This document shows positions 39,094 to 48,902 of a stretch of 64,000 nucleotides of DNA, in pieces. The stretch's first letter is position 1. Each line of letters begins with the position of its first letter. The notes beneath the pieces are model-generated. The model saw only the letters and a list, made by a program, of their open reading frames with translations, was not told the DNA's origin and did not search any database. The translations under genes were made by a program, and so were the position numbers. The stretch is from Oscillospiraceae bacterium (lineage in GTDB: Bacteria; Bacillota; Clostridia; Oscillospirales; CAG-382). The stretch lies in contig SVQU01000004.1 of the NCBI GenBank assembly GCA_015065165.1, forward strand, positions 26,035 through 90,034, in the 5' to 3' direction.

Positions 39094-40143
39094 ATGGAAA
39101 AATTGAGAATTGGCGTTGTGGGCGCAGGTAATATTTCGGCTTACGGCCACCTTCCCGCATACAAAAAATGTAAAAATGCTGTTCCCGTTGCTATCTGTGA
39201 TATCGATTTCGAACGTGCAAAACGTGTTGCAGAAGAAAACGGTATTCCCGAAGTATATGCATCTATCGAAGAAATGCTTGAAAAGGCAGACATTCAGGCT
39301 GTTGATATCTGCACCTGGAATAATGCTCACTGCCCCTGCTTAATCGCGGCGGCAAAAGCAGGTAAACACGTGCTTTGCGAAAAGCCCTTGGCAATGAATA
39401 TTGACGATGCCCTTAAAATGGAAGAAGCTGTTAAGGAAAATAATGTTATTTTCCACCTTGCTGTTCCTTCTCGCTTCGGCTATGAAAATATGTATCTTCG
39501 CGATTTGCTCGACCGTGGCGAATTGGGTGATGTTTACTATGCAAAAACCTCTAACGTTCGTCGCCGTGGTACTCCTCTTGGTTGGTTTACCGATAAAAAG
39601 ACCTCCGGCGGCGGTCCTATCATCGATATCGGCGTTCACCGTATAGATGCCGCTTGGTACCTTATGGGTAACCCCAAGCCCGTTCGTGTTTCTGCAAACG
39701 TGTTCAATCCTCACGGTGATTATAAAACCAAGGGTGTTACACGCTGGCACGGTAAATCCTGCCCCGATAATCAGTTCGACTGTGAAGATTCCGGCGCAGG
39801 TGTAATCCATTTCGATAACGGCGCAACTATGGTGTTCGAAGCAAGCTGGGCAATGAACGCTCCCGATAAGAGCGAAACTCTCATCGTTGGTACTAAAGCA
39901 GGCGCAACCGTAGAACCTCTTGTAATCTATGGCGAACGTAACGATTATCTCTCCGACGATAAGGTTACCGTTCTTCAGAATAACGATAAAATGCAGCTTC
40001 AGATCGAGCATTTTGCCGATTGCGTTCTTAATAACAATCACAATACCAATTATCCTATCGAGCAGGCAGTAGATATGCAGAGAATTCTTCAGGCTATCTA
40101 CGATTCTGCAGAATCCGGCAAGGAAATAATTATAGGTGAATAA
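39094..40143 (+). CDS. Gfo/Idh/MocA family NAD(P)-dependent oxidoreductase
   Basis: LRIGVVGAGNISAYGHLPAY Rossmann N-terminus and the EKPLA motif. Confidence 0.85.
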   Translation: MEKLRIGVVGAGNISAYGHLPAYKKCKNAVPVAICDIDFERAKRVAEENGIPEVYASIEEMLEKADIQAVDICTWNNAHCPCLIAAAKAGKHVLCEKPLAMNIDDALKMEEAVKENNVIFHLAVPSRFGYENMYLRDLLDRGELGDVYYAKTSNVRRRGTPLGWFTDKKTSGGGPIIDIGVHRIDAAWYLMGNPKPVRVSANVFNPHGDYKTKGVTRWHGKSCPDNQFDCEDSGAGVIHFDNGATMVFEASWAMNAPDKSETLIVGTKAGATVEPLVIYGERNDYLSDDKVTVLQNNDKMQLQIEHFADCVLNNNHNTNYPIEQAVDMQRILQAIYDSAESGKEIIIGE

Positions 40144-40144
40144 T

Positions 40145-41020
40145 ATGAAGAGTTGTATCAGCACTTACAGTTTTCATAAGCTTTACGGTAAAGACGGCTT
40201 TACCCATTTTGATGCAATAGACAAAACCAAAGAGCTTGGTTGCGAGGGTGTAGAATTCGTCCTTGACGATACCACTCCCGATGGCAGCACTCCTTTGGAA
40301 TTTGCAAAGAATTTAACCGAGCATGCAAAGGAAAAGGGCTTGGAAATACCTATTTACACCACCGGTGCAAACTTCTTCCAGCCTACCGACCCCGAACGCG
40401 AGGTAGAACGTCTTTGTAAGCATATCGATATCGCTTCCGAATGCGGAATTCCCCTTATGCGCCACGACGTAACCTGGAGCTATCATAACGAATATGAGGG
40501 CGTAAAGACCTATCAAAAGATTATCGAAATTATCGCTCCCTATATTTCCAAGGTTGCGGATTATGCAAAATCCAAGGGCGTAAAAACCTGCTCTGAAAAC
40601 CACGGCAGATTGTTTCAGGATAGCGCAAGAATGGTAGATTTGTTTACTGCTGTAAACAATACCAACTACGGCTTCCTCTGCGATATGGGTAACTTCGGCG
40701 GTGTAGACGAAAACTGCGCTACCGCTGTTTCCAGCCTTCTCGACCTTATCGTGCATGTTCACGCCAAGGATTGCTTCACCCGTTCGGGTATGTCCTATAA
40801 CCCCGGCAGAGGCTTTAATTCTTCCCGTGGCGGTAATTACAGACGCGGCACAATCTTCGGCCATGGCGACGTTCCTACCTTCCAGATTCTTCGCGCTGTT
40901 AAAAATTCGGGTTACGACGGATTCGTTTCTCTTGAATTCGAAGGTATGGAGGATACTATCGAGGGTATCTCCATCGGTATAGAAAACCTCCAACGTATGA
41001 TTCGCGATCTCGAGGGTTAA
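40145..41020 (+). CDS. sugar phosphate isomerase/epimerase (xylose-isomerase-like TIM barrel)
   Basis: About 291 aa from the ATG at 40145 (the track starts at GTG 40136). The family assignment rests on overall composition: EFV...ENH...HVHAKD metal-ligand-like spacing. Confidence 0.7.
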   Translation: MKSCISTYSFHKLYGKDGFTHFDAIDKTKELGCEGVEFVLDDTTPDGSTPLEFAKNLTEHAKEKGLEIPIYTTGANFFQPTDPEREVERLCKHIDIASECGIPLMRHDVTWSYHNEYEGVKTYQKIIEIIAPYISKVADYAKSKGVKTCSENHGRLFQDSARMVDLFTAVNNTNYGFLCDMGNFGGVDENCATAVSSLLDLIVHVHAKDCFTRSGMSYNPGRGFNSSRGGNYRRGTIFGHGDVPTFQILRAVKNSGYDGFVSLEFEGMEDTIEGISIGIENLQRMIRDLEG

Positions 41021-41026
41021 TAATTG

Positions 41027-42145
41027 ATGAAAATTATCAACGGCACCGTTTTATGCGGTGCCGAAAACTCATTTAAACAAGTAAATATAGAGATAGAAAA
41101 CGATAAAATCCTGTCTTTCACTAACGATATAGCCTCCGATGAAGTATTTAACGCCGAGGGTTTATTCGTTATCCCCGGATTTATCGATACCCATATCCAC
41201 GGCTGTGTGGGTGATGAATTTGCATCACGGGACGAATCCTTCGAGAGATCCCGTAAATGGCTCGCAAGCGAGGGTATTACCGCCTTTGCGCCTACAATAC
41301 GTTCGCTTCCGCCCGAGGATATAATTAGTGCCGAGCAGAATATAGTTCGCCAGTCGAAGATAGATTGCCTTGGCGCAAAAATTTGCGGTATTAATATCGA
41401 GGGTCCTTTCGTATCTAAATCGGGGGTTATGGTACCTCCCGATATCACCTGCGAACCTTCTTGGATTACCCAATTCGTTTCGGCAGGGGAGGGTATGTTA
41501 AAGATAATGACACTCGCCCCAGAGCGTGAAAATTCAACCGAAACGATTATAGAAGCGGTAAAGCAGGGCGTTAATATCTCTATCGGACATACCGATGCAA
41601 CCTATGCAACCACTATGGAATCAATTAACGCAGGCGCAACCCGCGCAACCCACGCGTTTAATGCTATGCGCCCCTTTTCTCACCGCGAAACGGGTGTTTT
41701 GGGCGCGGTGCTTACCGATGAAAGAATAAATTGCGAAATGATTTGCGATTTGGTTCATCTCGACGAAGCAACTATAAAAGTTTTGTATCTTACCAAGGGC
41801 TATAAAAACCTAACCCTAATAAGCGATACGGGTGTTATGTCGGGCTTGGGCGACGGAGAATTTATTGTAAACGGTAAAAAACGAACCGTAAAGGACGGAA
41901 TCTGCCGTAACACCGAGGGAAGAATTGCGGGTAGCTGCTTCAGTATGCTTGCAGGTGCACGAAATCTGCTTAAAATGGGTATCCCCTTGGAGGAAATCTC
42001 CGTAATGGCATCTTTAAATCCCGCAAAAGCACTTGCTGTTGATAACGAAACGGGCAGTATTGAAATAGGCAAATATGCAGATTTAATCGTCTGCGATAAA
42101 GAACTTAATATAAAAGCCGTGTTTGTAAACGGCAAAAGGATATAA
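41027..42145 (+). CDS. nagA: N-acetylglucosamine-6-phosphate deacetylase
   Basis: GFIDTHIHGCVG and HAFNAM motifs. I preferred the ATG at 41027 over the TTG at 41024. Confidence 0.85.
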   Translation: MKIINGTVLCGAENSFKQVNIEIENDKILSFTNDIASDEVFNAEGLFVIPGFIDTHIHGCVGDEFASRDESFERSRKWLASEGITAFAPTIRSLPPEDIISAEQNIVRQSKIDCLGAKICGINIEGPFVSKSGVMVPPDITCEPSWITQFVSAGEGMLKIMTLAPERENSTETIIEAVKQGVNISIGHTDATYATTMESINAGATRATHAFNAMRPFSHRETGVLGAVLTDERINCEMICDLVHLDEATIKVLYLTKGYKNLTLISDTGVMSGLGDGEFIVNGKKRTVKDGICRNTEGRIAGSCFSMLAGARNLLKMGIPLEEISVMASLNPAKALAVDNETGSIEIGKYADLIVCDKELNIKAVFVNGKRI

Positions 42146-42148
42146 TTT

Positions 42149-43060
42149 ATGGAATACAGAATCGGCGTTGATATAGGCGGTACAAGTGTTAAGCTTGCCG
42201 TTGTGGATAGCGATTTCAAGGTTATAAACAAACTTCGCTTTCCCACAGGGGAAGAAGCTACCTCCCAAGGTATAATCGACGGAATAATCGAAAATTGCCG
42301 TACACTTATGGAAGATTATCCTATAACTGCTGTCGGTATCGGCTCGGCGGGTAGGGTAGACCAAAAGGCGGGCACGGTGGTTGTGGCAGGTAACCTGCCT
42401 TTCCGTAACGAGCCTGTCGTAGAAAAGGTATCAACTGCTTTGGGTGTGCCCGTGTTTATCGATAACGACGGTTATACCGCCCTTATCGGTGAAATCGCCG
42501 CAGGTGTTTGTAAGGGCTGTCAGGATGCACTTATAATCACAATAGGTACAGGCATCGGCGGTGCAATACTTTTAGAAGGCAGACTTATCCGCGGCAGAGA
42601 AAACCGCGCGGGTGAATTAGGACATTTTATCGTTAAAATGGACGGCATACAATGCGAATGCGGTTTAAAAGGCTGCTTCGAGCGTTATGCTTCCGCAACG
42701 GGGCTTATCGAGCAAACCGAAGAAGCGGTTAAAAATAATCCCGAAAGTATTCTTGCCCTTGAAGCTAAAAACGGCATAAACGGAAAAACTCCCTTTGATG
42801 CAAAAGAAAAGGGTTGCCCCGTTGCAACCGAGCTTCTTTCCGAATACGGTCGTATTTTCGCCGCAGGTCTAAACAGTCTTATCCATATCTTCCAACCCGA
42901 GGTAATCGCTCTTTCGGGCGGTGTTTCCAACCAAGGCGATAATCTGTTAGACCTTATCAAACCCCACCTTTTGCCTAATGCAAACGTAAAGGTAACCACA
43001 CTTCAAAGCAACGGCGGTATAATCGGCGCGGCACTTTTAGGAACCGAATACGCTGAATAA
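42149..43060 (+). CDS. ROK family sugar kinase
   Basis: GVDIGGTSVKLAVVD N-terminus, and GELGH...CECGLKGCFE (the ROK zinc motif). Confidence 0.85.
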   Translation: MEYRIGVDIGGTSVKLAVVDSDFKVINKLRFPTGEEATSQGIIDGIIENCRTLMEDYPITAVGIGSAGRVDQKAGTVVVAGNLPFRNEPVVEKVSTALGVPVFIDNDGYTALIGEIAAGVCKGCQDALIITIGTGIGGAILLEGRLIRGRENRAGELGHFIVKMDGIQCECGLKGCFERYASATGLIEQTEEAVKNNPESILALEAKNGINGKTPFDAKEKGCPVATELLSEYGRIFAAGLNSLIHIFQPEVIALSGGVSNQGDNLLDLIKPHLLPNANVKVTTLQSNGGIIGAALLGTEYAE

Positions 43061-43063
43061 ATG

Positions 43064-43098
43064 AAAAAAACGAGCAGGATTCCTGCTCGTTTCTTTTT
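43064..43098. terminator. bidirectional terminator between convergent genes
   Basis: AAACGAGCAGGA-T-TCCTGCTCGTTT flanked by an A-run and a T-run. Confidence 0.85.
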
Positions 43099-44017
43099 AA
43101 TTCAACATTTCGTTCAAATCGTAAGGTGTATTTTGATATACAAAATAGTTAAGCCAGTTTGCATAAAGCAAATGGGCGTGGGCTTTCCAAGTGCTTATAG
43201 GTTCTTTTGTGGGGTCGTCGTCAGGGAAGTAATGCTTGGGAATTTCGGGGTTAATGCCCTTTGCAAGGTCGCGCTGATATTCGGTGCGAAGCGTGTCGAA
43301 ATCATATTCGCAATGTCCCGTAACAAAAAATTCTCTGCCGTTTTTGTTTGCCACAAGATAAATACCCGCTTCGTCGGATTCTGCAAGAATAATCAAATCC
43401 TCGCATTTTTCAATATCCTCGCGCTTAACACCCGAATATCTTGAGTGAGGCGCGGAAAATTCCTTGTTAAATCCTCTTACAAGGGGATATTCGGGGCGTA
43501 AATTCTTGTGTCTGAAAACCCCCGAAACCTTTGTTTCAAGGTTCTGCTTTTCAATGCCGTGGTTGATATAAAGCCCTGCAAAAGCGCCCCAACAAACGTA
43601 CATTGTGGAATAAACGTTTTTGTGCGCCCATTCAACAACCTCGCAAAGCTCGTCCCAGTAATCAACGTCCTTAAATTCAAGGGATTCCACGGGCGCACCC
43701 GTAATAATCAAGCCGTCAAATTTTTCGTGTTTAACCTCGTCAAAGGTCTTGTAAAAGGTCGCCAAATGCTCTTCGCTGGTGTTTTTAGAGGTGTGGGATG
43801 CGGTGTTCAATAAAGTGATATCTATCTGTAAGGGTGTGTTTGAAAGCAAACGCAAAAACTGTGTTTCGGTAACAATCTTCGTGGGCATAAGGTTCATTAT
43901 GGCAATCTTAAGAGGACGGATGTCCTGTCTGATTGCGCGCGCCTCGTCCATAACGAAAATATTTTCCTTAATCAAAGCCTCTGCCGCAGGCAAAGCCATA
44001 GGTATTTTAATAGGCAT
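43097..44017 (-). CDS. metA: homoserine O-acyltransferase (MetA family)
   Basis: [45 protein letters not shown] is canonical MetA. Confidence 0.93.
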   Translation of the reverse strand: MPIKIPMALPAAEALIKENIFVMDEARAIRQDIRPLKIAIMNLMPTKIVTETQFLRLLSNTPLQIDITLLNTASHTSKNTSEEHLATFYKTFDEVKHEKFDGLIITGAPVESLEFKDVDYWDELCEVVEWAHKNVYSTMYVCWGAFAGLYINHGIEKQNLETKVSGVFRHKNLRPEYPLVRGFNKEFSAPHSRYSGVKREDIEKCEDLIILAESDEAGIYLVANKNGREFFVTGHCEYDFDTLRTEYQRDLAKGINPEIPKHYFPDDDPTKEPISTWKAHAHLLYANWLNYFVYQNTPYDLNEMLN

Positions 44018-44049
44018 ATTTAAACCTCCATTGGATTTCGGTCTTATAG

Positions 44050-44078
44050 ATTATACCAAAGAAAAAGCGTTTATTCAA
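44050..44078 (-). promoter_or_regulatory. sigma-A-type promoter of metA
   Basis: On the minus strand, TTGAAT (44078-44073), a 17-bp spacer, then TGgTATAAT with the hexamer at 44055-44050. The leader is only about 25 nt. Confidence 0.55.
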
Positions 44079-44147
44079 TAGTTTTTTCGCTTAAACTATG
44101 GAAAATAAAGGTTAATTGTGCTACAATGCTTTTTAGAGGTGAGAAAT

Positions 44148-44783
44148 ATGGGAAAAGTGTATGCTTGTGATAGTTCCGAAAATATAAAAACCGCAGTGTC
44201 AAAATGTGTAGAAGCATTAAAAAACGGCGGTCTTGCCGTGTTTCCCACCGAAACCGTTTATGGTATCGGGGTGGATGCGTTAAATGAAGAAGCGGTAAAA
44301 TCCCTTTACGAAAAGAAACAACGCCCCTACGATAAACCCTTGTTAATGCATATTTCCTCCCTTGAAATGGCAGAGGAAATCGCGGTTTTAGACGATAATG
44401 CCCGCCATCTTATAAAAAAATACACCCCCGGTCCGTTGACCTTGGTGGTAAAACGAAAGCCTGTTCTTCCGTCAATTGCTGTTTCGGGTGGCGACACAGT
44501 GGGGTTGAGATTTCCCTCGAACAAAATTTTTCTCGAAATATCCAAAGCCTTTGGCAAACCTATTGCCGCCACAAGCGCAAATATTTCGGGTGAAAAAAGC
44601 GTTGCCCGTGCTCAGGAGTTAAAAAGTATTTCGGACGTTGCCGACGTTATAATCGACGGCGGCGAATGTGAATTGGGATTAGAATCCACCATTGTTTCCT
44701 TGGTAGGGGAAAAGGCGAAAATACTTCGCCTCGGCTCTTTCCCCAAAGAAAAGGTTTCGGAGGTGCTTGGCGAATGCGATTAA
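44148..44783 (+). CDS. tsaC: L-threonylcarbamoyladenylate synthase (TsaC/YwlC/Sua5 family)
   Basis: GGLAVFPTETVYGIGVDA and KPLLMH motifs. ATG 44148 follows AGAGGTGA. Confidence 0.88.
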   Translation: MGKVYACDSSENIKTAVSKCVEALKNGGLAVFPTETVYGIGVDALNEEAVKSLYEKKQRPYDKPLLMHISSLEMAEEIAVLDDNARHLIKKYTPGPLTLVVKRKPVLPSIAVSGGDTVGLRFPSNKIFLEISKAFGKPIAATSANISGEKSVARAQELKSISDVADVIIDGGECELGLESTIVSLVGEKAKILRLGSFPKEKVSEVLGECD

Positions 44784-45358
44784 TCGGTGTATGCGGCAGA
44801 AGCGGTTGCGGAAAAAGCATTTTCTGCGATATCGCCCGCCAAAAAGGCTTGGTGGTGATAGATTGCGATAAGGTTTATAGAGAGCTTGTTTCAAAGCCCT
44901 CCCAATGCCTTGCCGAGCTTGAAATAGCCTTCGGGAACGATATAATCGAAAACGGCGCGTTAAACCGCAAAAAGCTTGCTTCTATCGTGTTTAATTCTGC
45001 CGAAAAGCTTGCTCTTCTAAACGAAATCACCCATAAGCATATAATTGACCGTGTGGATGAAATTCTTTCAACCTGCGCCGAGGATTCTGTGGTGCTTCTT
45101 GATGCGCCCACCCTTTTCGAAAGCGGAATTTCCGATAGATGCGAGCTTATTATAGGTATCACCGCCTCGGACGAAGCGTGTGTGTCGAGAATTACGGAAA
45201 GGGATAATCTTACCGAAACCCAAGCATTAGAACGACTTTCAAACCAAAAGTCAACCGAATTTTTCCTTGAAAACTGCGATATAATTATTTATAACGAAAC
45301 CACGCTGACCGATTTCAAAACCGCTTCCGAGGAAGTGTTAGAGGAGTTGATGCAGTGA
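44774..45358 (+). CDS. coaE: dephospho-CoA kinase
   Basis: MRLIGVCGRSGCGKS P-loop. 194 aa. Confidence 0.9.
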   Translation: MRLIGVCGRSGCGKSIFCDIARQKGLVVIDCDKVYRELVSKPSQCLAELEIAFGNDIIENGALNRKKLASIVFNSAEKLALLNEITHKHIIDRVDEILSTCAEDSVVLLDAPTLFESGISDRCELIIGITASDEACVSRITERDNLTETQALERLSNQKSTEFFLENCDIIIYNETTLTDFKTASEEVLEELMQ

Positions 45359-45918
45359 TAAAACGCAGCAGAATTTTAATAGGAATAATTGCCCTTGTTA
45401 TATTTGCAGTTGCGGCAATTAAGATAATTCCCTATATAAAAAAGGACTTGTATCCAAGAGAATACAGCGAATACGTAACCCTTTATTCGAAGGAATATAA
45501 TGTCCCCGAACACTTGATTTATGCGGTTATTCATTCCGAAAGCGGCTTCGATAAGGATGCTGTTTCCTCGGTGGGCGCGATGGGATTAATGCAATTAATG
45601 CCCGATACCTTTCAATGGATCGCCAAACGTATAGATGTGGATTTCGAGAATTTAGATATAACCGACCCTGAAACCAATATAAAATGCGGGACCTACTATC
45701 TAAATTATCTCTACCAAAGGTTCGAAAATTGGCAAACCTGCCTTGCCGCATATAACGCAGGTCCTAACAAGGTTGCAAATTGGCTTTTGGACAGCAGATA
45801 TTCTGATGACGGAAAAAGCCTTAAAAATATTCCGATAACAGAAACGTATAATTATGTAAACCGAGTTTTTTCAGCAGAAAAAGAATACATAAAGCTTTAT
45901 TATAAAGGAGACGATTAA
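45355..45918 (+). CDS. membrane-anchored lytic transglycosylase (SLT domain)
   Basis: N-terminal TM segment, then IHSESGFDKDAVSSVGAMGLMQLMPDT and AAYNAGPNKV. The GTG start overlaps the coaE stop (GTGA). Confidence 0.88.
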   Translation: MIKRSRILIGIIALVIFAVAAIKIIPYIKKDLYPREYSEYVTLYSKEYNVPEHLIYAVIHSESGFDKDAVSSVGAMGLMQLMPDTFQWIAKRIDVDFENLDITDPETNIKCGTYYLNYLYQRFENWQTCLAAYNAGPNKVANWLLDSRYSDDGKSLKNIPITETYNYVNRVFSAEKEYIKLYYKGDD

Positions 45919-45920
45919 AA

Positions 45921-47294
45921 ATGGAAAGAAAAGATGCGGAAAAATTGCAATATAAACAAAAAAGCTCAATCCCCGAAAGCGTGGCAGAGCAGGTTAAGGT
46001 TGACGAATTTATAAAGGGTTACCGCCACTTTATCGATAACGCAAAAACCGAAAGAACCGCAACCCGCTATGCCGAGGGCGAGGCTATCGCCGCGGGCTTT
46101 AAGCCCTATACCTTCGGCGATAAGCTTAAGGCAGGGGATAGAATATGTTATGTAAACCACGAAAAGAGCCTTATCTTGGCTGTTATCGGTGAAAAGCCTC
46201 TTGATGAGGGCGCACGTATCGTGGCATCCCATATAGATTCTCCTCGCTTGGATTTAAAGCCCCGCCCCTTGTATGAAAACAGCGATATCGCATATTTCAA
46301 AACTCACTATTACGGCGGAATTAAAAAATATCAATGGACAACCGTTCCTCTTGAGCTTCACGGCGTTGTCTATCGTCAGGACGGAACACGTATAGATATC
46401 AACATCGGCGCAGACCCTCAGGACCCGGTGTTCTATATCAGCGATCTTATGCCCCATATCGGCAAGGACCAAATGAGCAAGGTTGCCTCCGAGGTAATTA
46501 CAGGCGAAGGCTTGAACATTATCAGCGGTTCTATGCCTATCGATGCCGACGGCGGTGTTAAATTAAAGGTTCTTTCTATCCTTAACGAAAAGTACGGTAT
46601 AACCGAACGCGACCTTATAACCGCCGAGCTTACAGCAGTTCCCGCAATAATGTCCCGCGAGGTTGGGTTCGATAGATCTCTTATCGCCGCCTATGGCCAC
46701 GATGACAGAATCTGTGCATATCCCTCCTTCAACGCGCTGTTTAATCTTGAAATTCCCCAGCATACTGCTGTGGTTATCCTTGCGGATAAAGAGGAAATCG
46801 GTTCCTATGGCATAACAGGCTTGGGAAGCGAAACCTACCCCGATTTCATAAAATCCCTTTGCGATTCAACGGGTGCCGATTATCTTGCCTGCAAGCGAAA
46901 CAGCGTTTGCCTTTCTGCCGATGTTGGAGGTGCTTATGACCCTTGCTTTGCCGATGCTTACGAGGCAAATAACTCCTGCTATATAAACCGCGGTGTTGTT
47001 ATCAGTAAATATACAGGCTCTCGCGGTAAAAGCGGCAGCTCGGATGCTTCTGCCGAAACCTTGGCAAAGCTTTGCACTATGTTCGATGCTGAAAACGTTG
47101 CTTGGCAGGTTGGCGAATATGGCAAGGTTGACCAAGGCGGTGCAGGTACGGTTTCCTCCGAAATCGCTCATTTCGGCATAGAGGTTATCGACTGCGGTGT
47201 GCCCATACTTTCCATGCACTCTATAACCGAGCTTGCATCCAAATACGATATCTACGAAATGTTCCGCGCTTGTGCTGCCTTCTTTAAAAGTTAA
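45921..47294 (+). CDS. M18 family aminopeptidase
   Basis: 457 aa with HIDSPRLDLKPRP, GHDDR and DKEEIGS motifs. Confidence 0.85.
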   Translation: MERKDAEKLQYKQKSSIPESVAEQVKVDEFIKGYRHFIDNAKTERTATRYAEGEAIAAGFKPYTFGDKLKAGDRICYVNHEKSLILAVIGEKPLDEGARIVASHIDSPRLDLKPRPLYENSDIAYFKTHYYGGIKKYQWTTVPLELHGVVYRQDGTRIDINIGADPQDPVFYISDLMPHIGKDQMSKVASEVITGEGLNIISGSMPIDADGGVKLKVLSILNEKYGITERDLITAELTAVPAIMSREVGFDRSLIAAYGHDDRICAYPSFNALFNLEIPQHTAVVILADKEEIGSYGITGLGSETYPDFIKSLCDSTGADYLACKRNSVCLSADVGGAYDPCFADAYEANNSCYINRGVVISKYTGSRGKSGSSDASAETLAKLCTMFDAENVAWQVGEYGKVDQGGAGTVSSEIAHFGIEVIDCGVPILSMHSITELASKYDIYEMFRACAAFFKS

Positions 47295-47310
47295 ATAATA
47301 TAAAACCTTT

Positions 47311-47341
47311 GTCGGAGTCAATTTTGACTCCGACTTTTTTA
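47311..47341 (+). terminator. rho-independent terminator
   Basis: GTCGGAGTCAA-TT-TTGACTCCGAC followed by TTTTTT. Confidence 0.88.
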
Positions 47342-47399
47342 TGTTTTCGGTGCCAAAAAATCAACGCTTTTCATATTCTGTAACAGGGAGTGAAAAACT

Positions 47400-47621
47400 A
47401 TGAAAACAGTAATCGTACTTTCCTCAATAACCTATGCTCTCAAGGCTCAGGAATTACTGAAAAATAACGGAATATACGCCAATATAACCCGTTCCAAGGC
47501 TGTCAGAGGCATCCGCGGATGCGGTTATGGCTTGCAGTTCGACCAAATGCTCGAGGAAAAGGCAAAGGGGATTCTGGTTGCCGCGGGTATTCCGATTGTT
47601 GGGAGCACCGAAGAAAAATGA
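47400..47621 (+). CDS. DUF3343-like small protein (putative S/Se carrier-type)
   Basis: 73 aa with the pattern SITYALKAQELLKNNGI...RGCGYGL. It is coupled (ATGA) to the desulfurase gene. Confidence 0.65.
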   Translation: MKTVIVLSSITYALKAQELLKNNGIYANITRSKAVRGIRGCGYGLQFDQMLEEKAKGILVAAGIPIVGSTEEK

Positions 47622-48739
47622 TATATTTCGATAATGCCGCCACCGCACTGCCAAAAGCAAAATCTGTTGCCGATGCTATGAAAAATGCGCTTGAAATATG
47701 CGGAAATCCGGGGCGAAGCGGTCATGTATATTCAATGAAATCCGCCGAAATAATATATGAATGCCGCAAAAAACTTGCATTAATGTTTAACACCCGCCCC
47801 GAATGTGTAATTTTTACTTCGGGCGCGACGGAATCGTTAAATATAGCCATAAAAGGAACAAACCGCCCCGGCGGTGTTACCGTTGTTTCTTCGATGGAGC
47901 ACAATTCGGTTCTCCGTCCGCTGAATTCCTTGCGCCGCTTGGGCGAAACTGTTTTGCGGCAGTTTTTGGTGGACGTAAAAAGCGATGCGAGAACACTTGA
48001 TAACTTTTCGACGGTTTCGCGGTCGGCAACCTCGGTGGTGATAACCCACGCTTCAAACGTTTGCGGCAGAATACTCCCTGTGCGACAAATGCGCTCTCTT
48101 GTGGACAATGAGGTTGTATTTATCCTTGATGCATCACAAACCGCAGGGCATATACCCTTGGATATAATAGATCTCGGGGTTGACATAATGTGCATACCCG
48201 CCCATAAAGGACTTTGCGGACCTATGGGGGTGGGGGCGTTGATTATCAATCCTTACAGCGATATAATAATCGATTCGCTTATAGAGGGTGGAACGGGAAC
48301 GAACTCAAAATCCCTTGATATGCCGGAATATTACCCTGAACGTTTGGAAGCGGGTACCCTTAACGTTTGCGGTATAGCAGGCTTTTCGGCGGCGTTGGAC
48401 GAATTCGACTTTTGCCAATCCGAGAAAGACATTTATTCGTTTCTTGTAAATGAAATGGACAATCGGGTTGACATAACGTTGCACGGAGCTCATGCGGAAG
48501 GCTCTGCTGAAAATTACGTTCCTGTTATTTTGTTTAACAAAAAAAGGTTAGATTGCGAAACTGTCGCCTCAATCCTTTCAGAAAAGGGCTTTGCGCTGAG
48601 GGCGGGATTTCATTGTGCGCCCCATGCTCACCGAACGCTCGGTACCTTCGAAACGGGCGGTGTGCGTCTTTCCTTGGGTAAAGTCAATACTCTTGATGAA
48701 GCGAAATTGTTTTTAAAAGCTCTCGACGAAATTAAATAG
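47618..48739 (+). CDS. class V aminotransferase / cysteine desulfurase family protein
   Basis: MIYFDNAATALPK N-terminus, the PLP-lysine context IPAHKGLCGPMG, and a C-terminal GFHCAPHAH loop. I preferred the ATG at 47618 over the track start at 47519. Confidence 0.85.
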   Translation: MIYFDNAATALPKAKSVADAMKNALEICGNPGRSGHVYSMKSAEIIYECRKKLALMFNTRPECVIFTSGATESLNIAIKGTNRPGGVTVVSSMEHNSVLRPLNSLRRLGETVLRQFLVDVKSDARTLDNFSTVSRSATSVVITHASNVCGRILPVRQMRSLVDNEVVFILDASQTAGHIPLDIIDLGVDIMCIPAHKGLCGPMGVGALIINPYSDIIIDSLIEGGTGTNSKSLDMPEYYPERLEAGTLNVCGIAGFSAALDEFDFCQSEKDIYSFLVNEMDNRVDITLHGAHAEGSAENYVPVILFNKKRLDCETVASILSEKGFALRAGFHCAPHAHRTLGTFETGGVRLSLGKVNTLDEAKLFLKALDEIK

Positions 48740-48742
48740 GAG

Positions 48743-48778
48743 AACGGTTTGGGTAAAAGAAAACCCAAACCGTTTTTT
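48743..48778 (+). terminator. rho-independent terminator
   Basis: AACGGTTTGGGT / ACCCAAACCGTT followed by TTTTT. Confidence 0.88.
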
Positions 48779-48843
48779 GCTTTTTAAACATTTTTCCTAT
48801 TTGTTAATTATTCATAAATATAATTCAGTTTGGGTTTTACCCC

Positions 48844-48872
48844 TTGACACAGTATATAATTACATATATAAT
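48844..48872 (+). promoter_or_regulatory. consensus sigma-A promoter of the large lipoprotein gene
   Basis: TTGACA (48844-48849), a 17-bp spacer, then TATAAT (48867-48872). Confidence 0.65.
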
Positions 48873-48902
48873 ATAAAAGATAATTAATTTGGAGGACAAA
48901 TT

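Noticed and set aside
43061-43444. 127-aa plus-strand ORF after the ROK kinase gene
   Set aside because: It starts inside the bidirectional terminator and is antisense to metA.
44018-44117. Expected S-box (SAM) riboswitch or T-box upstream of metA
   Set aside because: - The predicted promoter (44078-44050) leaves only a ~25-nt leader.
- The whole intergenic region is ~130 bp and is shared with the divergent tsaC promoter.
- I saw no S-box conserved core or terminator/antiterminator pair.
47519-47617. N-terminal extension of the desulfurase ORF (track start 47519)
   Set aside because: - The extension overlaps the DUF3343-like gene in another frame.
- The conserved N-terminus MIYFDNAAT starts at 47618, with an ATGA coupling.
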